A stretch of DNA of 64,000 nucleotides, taken from assembly GCA_905331295.1 (NCBI GenBank), contig CAJNYD010000555.1, forward strand, positions 1-64,000, in the 5' to 3' direction. A program made the position numbers and the translations under genes. Position 1 is the stretch's first letter. Each line of letters opens with the position of its first letter. Below, piece after piece: positions 52,785 through 64,000 of this stretch. The notes below the pieces were generated by a model that searched no databases, was not told the origin of the DNA, and was given only the letters and a program-made list of their open reading frames with translations. The stretch is from Rotaria socialis. Its lineage: Eukaryota.

Positions 52785-55700
52785 TTACGTGAGAGTTACT
52801 GTCGCAGTTATACCAGCGCCAAGTGAATCTGTGCGTAACCAAAAACTCACGATATACACTTGTCCAGCCGCAGCCGTAAATTGTTGACTAAGTCGATCGG
52901 CACATGAATTACTTCCATCGCAGGCACAATAACTTCCACTTCGACAATTATAATTGCAAATTCGGGCTACGTACCCTCCACAACTTCCATATGGTCCAGT
53001 GCGTACCCAAGGTGAAAGTGAACCAGTTTCGAAACCTATATTTGTTAGCATTTGTGTGCCTCCTTGATAGATAGAGGTATCATCAACATACCACTGACCT
53101 GGATCATTGCGCAGCTCAAACATAAAAGTAACTGGACCTGTGGTAGGTGACGTCCATGTATACGCGTAACAATTATACCCAGTAGCAGTAGGATTTGAGA
53201 TAGTCAAAAGAGTACTTGCAGAACCTACTGAGGTTGGTATACAGGGAGGTGTCGGCGTCGTTGCTATTTACATTGGTAAAACAGATTATCAAAGGCAAGC
53301 AAAGTAAAATACAAGTTACCTGTTGTGCTGGTAGAAGTTGAACCTAGAAAAATTAATAAAATTTATTTAAGCAAAACAAACAATCTCTTCTTTGAAGAAT
53401 GATAGCAAAGGATCTACTTTTTTGTAGCTATCAGAGACCATCACAGGGCACAACAAACGACTTTGCCTTGGGAGCTGTGTACTGATCCTAATTTATTTTT
53501 TTCTGATTGACAATATTTGATGTCAATTTTAACCCAATTACTCTTTGTCCAATGTATTTTGATCGAGTGATATGAACTCAAGCTGTTTGTAAATTGAAAT
53601 TAAGTAGTAATGTAATTGAGTCTTTATTTTAATACATATCTTATAAAGTATGAACGTCATATAAAGTTGTTGCTCAAGAACTTTATGAACGAAAAGAACT
53701 CTTTAACAAAAAAAAAGTAAATAAAAATTTTCTTTTCATTCAAAAGATCCAATTTTAATCGAGCCATTTAAAAAATAGGCGACTTTGAAGTAAATAACCA
53801 ACAAAAATAGAAGATTATTCTGTACTAGAAAACTGCTCACTAAAATATTTCATGAAGCTTTACAATTAAGAAATGACGATGTCATTTTGTCTTTTTAATC
53901 TATTTATAGTGACCGATATATTCAATCTTTATTTTCAGAAATAAAAAATTTTGAAGAAATTTTGTAATAAATAGAAAGAATTTGTTTATGTCTATTTTAT
54001 AAAAATTAAGATGAAATAGGACTCTCAGTAAAAAACCTTTTTTGTATTTAAATTACTTTCCTTCCAAAAAAAAAATGGTGTTTTTTTCTAGTGAAAATCC
54101 TAGTATTCAACAACACTTTCTCAATAAAAATGCTTAACTCAATAATAATAAAATTACCTCAAAAATTTTTGAATATAAATTTGAATGCTGTTATAAAACA
54201 AATATGTAAAGAATCAACACTTTCGGAGCAGCAATGTGGTATAGAATTTTTGAAAAACTTATGCATTTCTATTGCGCAGGGAAGGGCTGACTAATATTAT
54301 TATCATTTTGGTTCACACCAATAAGTGTCATTTCTCGTCACAAAGTGGAGCATGACATGTGTCTGGCGCTAAAATTGTGCTTAGCATCAACGAACAATCA
54401 AACAGTTTGATTGGAATAGTAGCATTTCAATCAATTTTTTAGGAGAAAAATACCAATTAAAATTGGATTTCTTCTCGAATCTTCGTACAAACACTGCTAT
54501 CGGACACGCGATTCTATTTAATTGCATACTAATTTTTTGATTTTGACATTCTTTCGTGAAGACATAAAATGAATATGATCACTAGTCTTGAAAAGCAAAT
54601 ACATTACTTTAATCAAGCCTTACGATCTCATATAGGCATATTCAATTTAGAGATTTCATTTCAAATTGCCCTGCTCTGTGATACTCTATGGTAGCTATCA
54701 ATCATAGCTGCGAAGCTGAGAAAAATAAAAACTATATTATCATTTTTCACTTTACTCACTTGTTGTTGTTGTTGTTGTTTGTGCTTGTATATACGAAAAA
54801 GAAAGAATTATACTGGTTTTCTCATGCGACAAAGACATTACTTACATGTAGATGATGTTGAACCTATCATAAACACAAAATAGTAAAGATTAATAGTAAA
54901 AAATTACAAATTACTTGTGGACGATGTCGTTGTAGTTGAAGTTGTCGATGTTGATGTTGTTGAAGTTGTCGACGTTGATGTCGTCGAAGTTGTTGTTGTT
55001 GCTGTTGTTGTCACAATATGTGTATTTGTGAGAAGAAAAACCAAGAGAGCAGCAATACCCATCAGAAGTAATAAAATACCAATAGATATTGAAACACAAC
55101 AACATGCCGAACAGGCCGGACAGATTTTACCAATACAGCGACGATTTCTTTTATCGGTTTTGTTTTTTTCAGTATTTTTCGCTGTTGTCTTTAATCTGTC
55201 TTCAAGCACGCCCCATGCATATCGAAGACTTCTTCGTTTTGGCTTTTGTTCTTGATATTCTTCCATTGATTTCATTCTCGATAAATTACTTGAAACATCA
55301 TGGTTCATTACACTACTGAAAAGTTTACTGGATGATAATGCCTATGTCAGTAGTAAAATCAACGAGAAATCAAGAAAACTAATTAGTACCGAAGTCACAT
55401 TGAAGTTATCTGTAGTTGTTCGAATTCTTTGAGGGTGAATAATAGTTGGAGTTCGGATTGATGAAATTTCATGCATTTCGATGATGACTGGGTGCATAAA
55501 AGTTGGTGTAACTGTATTTGATTTAAATTTATTAACAGATGTTGATAGACCACCTATTTCATCTAAGTGTAAATCATCAGACAACATCTAAATAAATAAT
55601 TAAAAAATATTTATGAAATCAGATAAAATTACTTTCGTATTTACAATGGGAAAAAGAATTTCGACACAACAATATTTTAAGATAAAAGATTTTACTTCAG

Positions 55701-55961
55701 ATCATACTATTTACCTGATTTTCTTCATCACCTTGACCATTGTTTTGACGTATGGAACGACTCCTTCTTCTTCGAGTTGATGTATCTCTACTGTCAGGAA
55801 CTACTTTCGCGGTCGCCTTGAAAACAAGACCTCAATAAAGTAAGGTTTTGCTATTCATAAGAGCTTACTTGTGTCTGATGGTTTTTATTAATGCTTAAAT
55901 GAATATTTTTTCGATGAACGGGAACTACAGTTACACATTTTTTCTCTCTAGATTCTGCCAT
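52785..55961 (-). CDS. Stalked CBM-like type II membrane protein, copy G (complete model)
   Basis: ATG 55961 (MAESREKKCVTVVPVHR), three short phase-0 exons, TM/stalk exon ~54915-55341, micro-exons ~54846-54863, ~54760-54783 and ~53320-53343, and head exon 52785-~53264 ending in TAA. Confidence 0.8.
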
Positions 55962-57699
55962 CGTGTACACTCGTCTCGCAAGAAATAATGAAAAAATGAA
56001 TATGTAAAAACAACAGCAACTATTCGTACGTGATTGTTTTTGCTAGGGCATTGCGGAGGCCACTGATTAATTCGAAGTGGGGATTGATTTTCAGGGTATT
56101 CTAGGTCAAAAGATGAATGCTTTGCACAGAAGCCACATAACAAATACTTTACTTTCCACTGCTCTTATATATTACCAGTTGGATCCGCGTGTCAGCTAAC
56201 AAGAAGACTTTTGTGAAATAAAATTGAATATGTTCACAATATTTTTTTCTTACTGTATGACAACTGTTGTCCACAGATGTACACAGTTACACAGGGAAAA
56301 TATTTGTACGCATGATGAAGAATAGATTGCAGAAGCTTTTCTCCGTATGTTTAATCGAGATTCAACTGAAGAATGAAAGATGCCAAGGAACATATACTAA
56401 ATCACTGTGAGATTGCTTAATTAATATTTACTTTCGCGTACAATGATATTTAGGTTTTCTTTTTCATTCATACACTTTGTACCGAACCATAACTTCGAAA
56501 ATGAGAAACAAAATTAACTTCTACGCCGAAAGATAATTCTCGTTTAATATAGCATGATTCTTTGATAGTGACCAGCAAGATCAATTATTATAGCAACTGT
56601 TTTTCAATTGAGTATGCTGCAATTCAAAAACAAAAGATGAAATGTTTTCTGTTGGTTGTAATTTTAATAAGCAAGTGGTGGATGCACTCTTTTCTAATTG
56701 TCCATGTGCATCCAGAACTATGAGAAATTTATATTTGACGATACTGTGAATTTGAATAATTAGCATGAAGTACATTATTAAAATTATAATAGTTGAATTT
56801 TCTGATATTCTATTTTGAATGACAAGTTCATTTTCAATACGATTTCGTTCGGCGTCTTACATTTGATTAGCACCAAAATTTTTCGTTTAGCTAGACATCA
56901 TCCAACGATACTTTTTTTACACTTCGGCAATGCGAATTGAAAGCAATCTTCCATGGAAACTTGTTATTAATAGGTTTTGATGATATAAATTGTGAGAAAA
57001 AAAGGAAGTATGCATTACTTGTAAAGATCTGATGTATCTCAACAAAGTTCTGTATATAGTTAAGCTATCTGTTTGATAGTAGATGCATTGAACGAAGTAG
57101 ATAATTAGATGAAAATACTTGTTGCTTTTATACTTTATTTTATGAAGAAACTTCAAAATAAAATTGTAAAAATTTAAATACCAAAAGCAATACATTCTAT
57201 GATACTTTTATGGACATTACAAAGTACTTGCATATTTTGGTCGGCAGAAATAACAATAATCTTGACAAGCATTCATAATTTTCTTATTCAACAGAAACAA
57301 CTATACGCTTCATTGTGAAAAATAAGAAAAATAATAACAGATTAAGCTTGTTGCTTAATAGAATTATGCGTAGTTTTTAATCGGGCATATATTTTGAGAG
57401 AACATTAGTAATTTTTTTTTGTCTTTCCTGTAGTAATTTCATACAAACACTGCCATACAAGGGGGATTAAAGTAGGACATTATTGCGTCATAGTAGTTTT
57501 TTTAACATGTCAATAGAAAGCGCAGAGAAAAGAAAATTGTTTGTCTACAATTCTGGCGTTCGTTCAATCATATTTGAAAATGTCATGCTAACCATATCAA
57601 ACGTTTTTGAAGTCTTCTGTGCCAGTAAAATTATAAAACGTTCTCGTATTACTAGCATTATCATGAATGAAATATCTCTCGTGTACCAATGTAAAATAA

Positions 57700-57932
57700 T
57701 TGGATTTATAATCAGATTAAAAATCTATTATAATGGCACTATTTTAATCGATTATAATAGTTTTTAGGTAATCAATTAAAATTGATTAAAATACAATCAA
57801 AATCAAAAATAATCTGCCTTTTAAGGCTGGAAAATCTGATTCAAATCAGGTTGTAATAGTATCATTAAAATAGATTTATAATCGCATAAAAATCAATTAT
57901 AATCAGAATTTTTACGTTTCTTTTTACATGGG
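57700..57932. repeat. taatc/gatta motif-rich repeat ending in tttttacatggg (likely transposon end)
   Basis: Repeated ataatcagattaaaaatc-like units. Confidence 0.35.
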
Positions 57933-58349
57933 TAGCAAGACGAATGGTGTGGTTACAATGAAAAAAACCGACGTAGTTTGCTTTCATATACACATCTACA
58001 TGTAAAAATAATTATGCGCCCAATCACTTGTCATAGTTTTGTTCGAATCATGAATATCGTGCTAAGAATAACTACTAATATTTTACCTATTTTGATCATC
58101 AATCACGTGAGGATCTTGTAGGCCAATGCGTATAGTAAAAAGTATAAAAACTTAAGTCAAGTTTCTAGTTAGCTGGATTAAAAATGTGTATGAAAAATCA
58201 CGAGAGCAAAACTCTTAAAAAGAATCAGTTCAATATATAAAAACTCATAATCATTAACGTCGAGTATAGGTACTGGAGATAAATCGATATTCTTGAATTA
58301 TTGAAACATATTTTCTTCGTATCTTAGTTGAAGCTAGTTTCCGATAGCA

Positions 58350-61067
58350 ATGACTGAATTTATGTGCACTTATCTAATAATACTCTTCTGGTCAGTTTTA
58401 CTAGTGCTGGGACGCAACTCTGAAAACGTGGAAAATGTTAGTGAATTAAATTCAGCACACGTGAAAAGGGATGAAGAATCGAACTCAATGGAACCAAATA
58501 ATTATAGTAGGATCTAGTTTCTTTTTTTATTTCATTGAATTTAACTTAGGTACTCTGTAGAGAAATTTGTTGCAACGTACAAGACTAATATTAATGTTTT
58601 GTCCGATAGCATCGATTTATCGAAAATAGAGGAGGAGGTATCTGTATATATATATATATATACATACTCTTTCACTTGTAGTTCTTCATTTATTTTCCTT
58701 TATTCTTTTCATTCAACAGTTTGAATTAGCTCTAAAAGCTGAATCAGAAACTATTACCATAGAACAGATAGAAAGTGTATCAACAAGCGAACATAATCAT
58801 CAATTGTTGTAAGCAATACTTTTTGAATGACGTAAGCGATTTATGTTTATGTTTCTGTATCGCAAGAATAATACGTTCCAATACAAGCAATACGAACTTT
58901 GGAATTATTATTACATTTATTATTAAATTTCCACGTAGCCAAGTATGTCAAACTACTAAATGTATCGATACGTTCTTCAATGGCATGCAACAGCGATTTG
59001 AACGTTTCTGTAACTTGACTATCACACTTGTATACAAGGACCAAAATGGAGTATATAAAGTTCAGCTAAGACTGTGCTCAATTCAGATAACCAGTACGCA
59101 ATCGATCAATACAACATCAACAACGACGACAACTAAGACACCAACTATCACAATCACCTCTCCAACCACAACCACAACTACAACTGCGACTACAACAACA
59201 ACTGCATCAACAACAACAACAACAACAACTACATCAACAACAACAGCATCAACAACTACCGTGTCGACTAAGGAAGATTCAAGTACCTTGTGGTTTACTA
59301 TTGATTGCTAATGTGAAAAGTTATACATTCAATACCTGCAAAATATTTGAATTGGTTCATGGTAAAAAGGATTAAATTTTTACGAGATAAGCAAAGAGAA
59401 ATTATCGTGCTATCCGAGTATAACATAACTTTAGAACTGTAATAGTGTTATTTAGATTTTATATTTTCTTGAAAGGGCTAAAGATTTCGAGGAAGTTGAG
59501 TCGATTGTTGGTATTGCAAGAGTTAAACAGACAGAAGTAAATTATACAGAAAAACTTTCGCTAATTGACGTTTGTTTGAAGTCTCCAGTGTTTTTATCCC
59601 TCCTAGATTAGATACCTCATGTGAGCTTGAAAATAGATTAAATTTTTAAATATAGTAAGTATAGAAGCGTAACAGCTGCAGAATTAGCATTGATCTGACA
59701 ACTCTATTAAAGTGTGAACAGTAGCATTTCGGACTAAGCGATCTGAGAAATAATAATTATGTTTTTAAATGTATTCTAATTAACAAACTATATGTAGAAG
59801 ATTATGCTAGTTGAACTACTAATTCCTTTTTTTTGTAGTGAGTGGCATTGCTGGCAGTGGACTACCTTTTGATAATATGCAACCATCTTTGGTACTTACA
59901 CAAATAGTACCATTGTCTATTACATTTCCTCTATGTGCTATTCGTACTTTTGCATGCAACTTTGCTCCTGGTAATAGTCTTCTAGCATATGGACAACTAC
60001 TCCCGATAGCATCCAATACAGCGATATTTTCTATCATGGGTACAACTTATGGAGGTGACGGTAAAAAAACCTTTGCACTTCCGAATTTACAAGGTATTAC
60101 AATTATTGGTAGTGGTCAAGGTAGTGGCTTATCACCTTATCGCCTAGGCGAACAGACCGGAAGTCAACAAGTAACACTGACTAAAAATCAGATGCCGGCA
60201 CATGTACACTCAATCCCAAGCTCGATTGATTTCACAGGCGTGACAGGTTCATCACAATCATTCTCTTCTATTCAACCATCTTTAGCGATGAGCTATCTGA
60301 TTTGTATAAGTGGTGTTTTTCCATCCGCTGGTTCCTCCGTAGGACAACTACCATTCATCGGTCAAATCGTTCCATATACTGGAAATGTTATACCGACGGG
60401 ATGGGCACTAGCGGATGGAAGCTTATTGTCGATTGCATCAGATACAGCTCTGTTTTCAATACTTGGTACTACGTACGGAGGTGATGGAGTAACTAACTTT
60501 CGTTTACCAGACTTACAAGGCAGAGTACCTGTTGGCGTTTCTGGAAGTTTAAATACACAGATTGGTAATACTATTGGCGTCGAATCTGTTACTCTGTTAA
60601 CCAATAACTTACCTTCACATGTGCATAGTCTAGTCGGTAGCAAGTATAATGCGACTCAAACTGGTGTTACAGGAGCTGGACAGACTTTCGATAATCGGCA
60701 ACCTGGTTTGGGAATCACTTATCTGATAACAATGCAAGGAGTATTTCCATCACAAGGAGGTACTGGTCCAGAACCTATGGCACCTTATCTTGGAGAGATT
60801 GTTGCATTTGCTGGTAATTTTCAGCCAGGGGGTTACGCCTTTGCCAATGACCAACTACTATCAATTTCTCAAAATACAGCTCTCTTTGTTTTGCTGGGTA
60901 CTACTTATGGTGGCAATGGTATAACAAGTTTTGCTCTTCCTGATCTTCGCGGTCGAGTCATCCTCGGATCTGGAAGAGGTTTTAGCATTGGGCAAACCCT
61001 TGGTTCATCGCTGATAACGCTAACAGTAGATCAAATGCCATCTCATGCACATAGTCTTAGCCCATAA
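58350..61067 (+). CDS. Secreted chimeric protein: signal peptide, N-domain, Thr stalk and three phage tail-collar (MdpB-like) repeats
   Basis: Exons 58350-58506, 58561-58637, 58720-58808, 58867-59282 and 59839-61067 join in frame through GT-AG introns. N-terminus MTEFMCTYLIILFWSVLLVLG. The last exon has three copies of G(Q/S)LLxIxxNTALFSxLGTTYGGDGxxxFxLPDLxGR...VTL...MPxHxH. Confidence 0.85.
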
Positions 61068-62317
61068 AACATGATTTAGTATCACTGATATTTTTGTTAA
61101 ATTTCAATATGACCGTTAATGAAGTTTGATCATCACATTTGAACTATAATTTCAGTACTGATTCTTGTCTCCGAATATCCTATTTCATCTATGCAAATGA
61201 AAAAATTGCGTAGCATCATTGATTTCGAATCAAAAATAAAGGGTAACTGCGTAACTAACCATAGGTTTTTCCCGCTTTGTCATGTCGATGATATGCTTCG
61301 TGGAATAATACCATATGAACGTGTGAAAAATGCATAATTTATAGGAATATTTTTATAGCCATTCACAATCACGTATATATTGTATAGGGAGAAGAGTAGT
61401 AAGTAGCTCATAAAAAATACATCAAGAAAGTATCTTCAAGGAAGTCATAACTGCCGGTGAGGTACTCGTTTTTATTTACTTTTGCATTTCTATCAAAAAC
61501 GTTTCTTATTTTACTAGCTTATTTCTACCTTTTCTCTAGCTAACAAACAATTAAACTAATTGTTAAATTCTACTCATACAACAAAACTAATCTTGAATAT
61601 GTGTTGCTGTTGAGTCCGATCATTTTTATTTTTGCCTCACTGCTTATCTTTTCACGTGAAAAATATTCTAGAAAATTCACTGATGATTTCTTCACTAGTA
61701 TTTTCAGTAAAGTTAAGTATTTTATAGCAAAATTAAAATTGTGATTGAGTAATCAAATGAAGCAGGCGTGAGTCATATTCAAAAATACTTGTTTCTTAAT
61801 TTACAAGGCTGTATCATTGTATTGAAATTTTTGACTTGAATCTGATTAGATGTAGTTTCGAAACTGAAATATGTTTACAATTAGGTGTTACCGGCCATAT
61901 CAAGACTCGATTCGTAAAGCAATGTGTGATTGGTATTGGACAATGAAAGAATAAATGTTTTAAGAATATATACTTGTTGGTTCTCTTTTCTGTTCTTTTA
62001 TTCGCATTGTTTATTACAAGGGCATAAATATTTGTTTTCTATTTCTCTTCATTCCTTTTCTCTGCACAGTATTCGCTTCTTTTTCGCGTTATGTTGGTGC
62101 TCCTCCACGTGATATTATATCGTCTTAAATACTAAAAACTGAGCAAAACAAATGCATTTTTGACAACTAGTACATGTCAACACAAATCTATCTAAAGTAA
62201 CGATTTTAATTAATCAAGCGTAACATATCCTGGCATTCATTTACGTGTACACTAAAACACAATAAAAAAAATAGAACGCATATCACCAACAACTTCAGCA
62301 AACATAATATTAAGTAA

Positions 62318-62953
62318 ATGAGCCAAGTTCATTTTTCTAATAACAAAGTATCGTTACCCTTGAATATGATGCATCGAACATGTCGTCGTTCTATGGAAAA
62401 ATTAAATATTTACGACTCGAATACATCACCATCCATTTCATCAAAACCTCAATTACCTCCACCTTTACCACCACCCCGTAAAAATCGGCGCCATCTATAC
62501 AATGGTGAAACTTTCGAACGTTATCACTTTCTCTGTAATATGAAGCGCCATAGAACAGATCCGATTTATGCTGCTACGCCAATGTTTTCAACAATACCAC
62601 AATCAACACCAGTAAAACATACTCGAACATTGCTAGGCGCTTATATACCTTCATATATTATTAAGCCTTTACCGATTCAATCTCCGATGTCTACTACATC
62701 TCCAGAACTATCAAATGCTAATAAAATTGATGATGCAGAAAGAGATAGAAATAAGAATAATGATCAAAATGCAAGTGATGGTGATAAAAATAGAGATGTC
62801 GATGACGATGATGATGACGATCAAGGAAATTCATCAAGTAGTAGTGATGACATTGGTATTGATGATATTATTAATAATGATGATGATGTGATCGATGATA
62901 ATGATAATGATCAAGGGATGGTAGAAAAAATATTCAACACAAATAAGAAATGA
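62318..62953 (+). CDS. Hypothetical low-complexity protein (Pro-rich N-half, Asp/Asn-rich tail)
   Basis: 211-aa ATG-initiated ORF in AT-rich DNA with a PPPLPPPRK motif and acidic tail, followed by aataaa at ~63012. No recognisable domain. Confidence 0.6.
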   Translation: MSQVHFSNNKVSLPLNMMHRTCRRSMEKLNIYDSNTSPSISSKPQLPPPLPPPRKNRRHLYNGETFERYHFLCNMKRHRTDPIYAATPMFSTIPQSTPVKHTRTLLGAYIPSYIIKPLPIQSPMSTTSPELSNANKIDDAERDRNKNNDQNASDGDKNRDVDDDDDDDQGNSSSSSDDIGIDDIINNDDDVIDDNDNDQGMVEKIFNTNKK

Positions 62954-63698
62954 ATAATTGCGTCGCTTTTGTAGCTATTTCATAGTTAGTAAATTTTTAT
63001 ATTTTTTTATGAATAAAACTCAAAAATTGTCGAAATCTTTCTTGTTCTTTTCATTATAAAGTAATACAACTAATTCTACTCGAAATATATACTTATATAC
63101 AAGCAATTGAATTTCCATACATGGAAAATCATCTATGACAGACTTCTACATTATCGATTTAAAACTCACTGATAGAGTTAGATAAGAATACAAATTGAAC
63201 GAATTCAGCACAAACATATTTTATCATGTTTTCTACAAGAAATGCAAATCATATTTGCGAATCTACAATCAGTATAAAAAGTTTCACAAAATTCAATAAT
63301 GCGTAAAAATTATCTATGAAAACAATGCCATATGAAAGCTCATTACAACGAAAGAGTACGGAAAATTTTCTGCTGCTCTCTGACATAAAAATGTGCAATC
63401 TCTACTCAGTGAGAACAACACAGTTTGAATCTCAAACTACTTTAGATTGCTTTCTGGTAAACATTGAACTGAAACATGCTCTCGAAAGCGTCTGCTTCCA
63501 ACAACGATCTGCCGATGCGGACATGCATGTATTGTGTAAGATTCTTCTCGGTATATTTTCTTACTAGAAGAGTGGTTTTGTCTCGGATAAAGCATCTTCC
63601 CAACTGAGTTCTAAGCGTAGATGAATGAAACGATCTGTATGAATAAATGAACTATTATTCCTCTTCCGATTTAATAATAATTCATTCGATGAATGAAA

Positions 63699-63729
63699 GA
63701 AAAGAAAAGAAAAGAAAAGAAAGAAAAAA
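63699..63729. repeat. (AAAAG)n microsatellite
   Basis: Direct reading of the sequence. Confidence 0.8.
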
Positions 63730-64000
63730 ATCTCATCAGTCAAAATGAATCATTGCTATCAATATTGAATTTTGAGAGAGAACAAGTAAGTAGAATATAC
63801 TTATTGATATAAATGATTGTATTAATAAAATAGAATATAAAATATCAATAGAAATAAATTGGCAGATACTCTTCTAGATAGTAAAATACCCTAATGAGTT
63901 CTTTTTTCTTTTTAAATAAGATCAATTATTCGCTTCTAACAAGATTAGTAAAATGTATAAATGTTTTGACACTTTTTTCTTCTCATTAGAAAACATACTT

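Noticed and set aside
56581..57240. Possible decayed F-box/LRR-type gene (similar weak signals at ~39.5-40.1 kb and ~44.8-45.2 kb)
   Set aside because: Only faint compositional resemblance with many stops; cannot be supported without a homology search.
59838..61067. Prophage or bacterial contamination
   Set aside because: No other phage or bacterial genes are nearby. The ORF is preceded by a polypyrimidine/AG acceptor in frame with upstream eukaryotic exons and sits in AT-rich host-like DNA.

Overview
AT-rich eukaryotic genomic DNA with many ~50-65 nt GT-AG introns, so the six-frame ORF track fragments most genes; I rebuilt exon chains by eye. Short introns, bacterial-like domains, 84-nt LRR exon arrays and TGTGGG-type repeats suggest a bdelloid rotifer (inference). 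The left end (1-15 kb) holds an EVI5-like TBC Rab-GAP, a membrane-tailed alpha/beta hydrolase, a small beta-flower-like repeat protein and a 5-LIM protein. From ~15.8 to 61 kb lies a fast-evolving accessory cluster. It contains (i) seven copies (four with intact head domains, three decayed) of a type II membrane protein with a Thr/Ser stalk partly built from symmetric micro-exons and a Cys-rich, apparently circularly permuted CBM-like head, with signs of gene conversion; (ii) an F-box gene with 30 consecutive one-repeat-per-exon LRR exons; and (iii) a secreted chimera in which an intron-containing N-terminus and Thr stalk are spliced onto an intronless, circularly permuted triple phage tail-collar (MdpB-like) module. 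Small mobile elements include a tRNA-derived SINE with a 12-bp TSD, a foldback hAT-type MITE with an 8-bp TSD, two HINE/DINE-like elements and Tc1/mariner relics.
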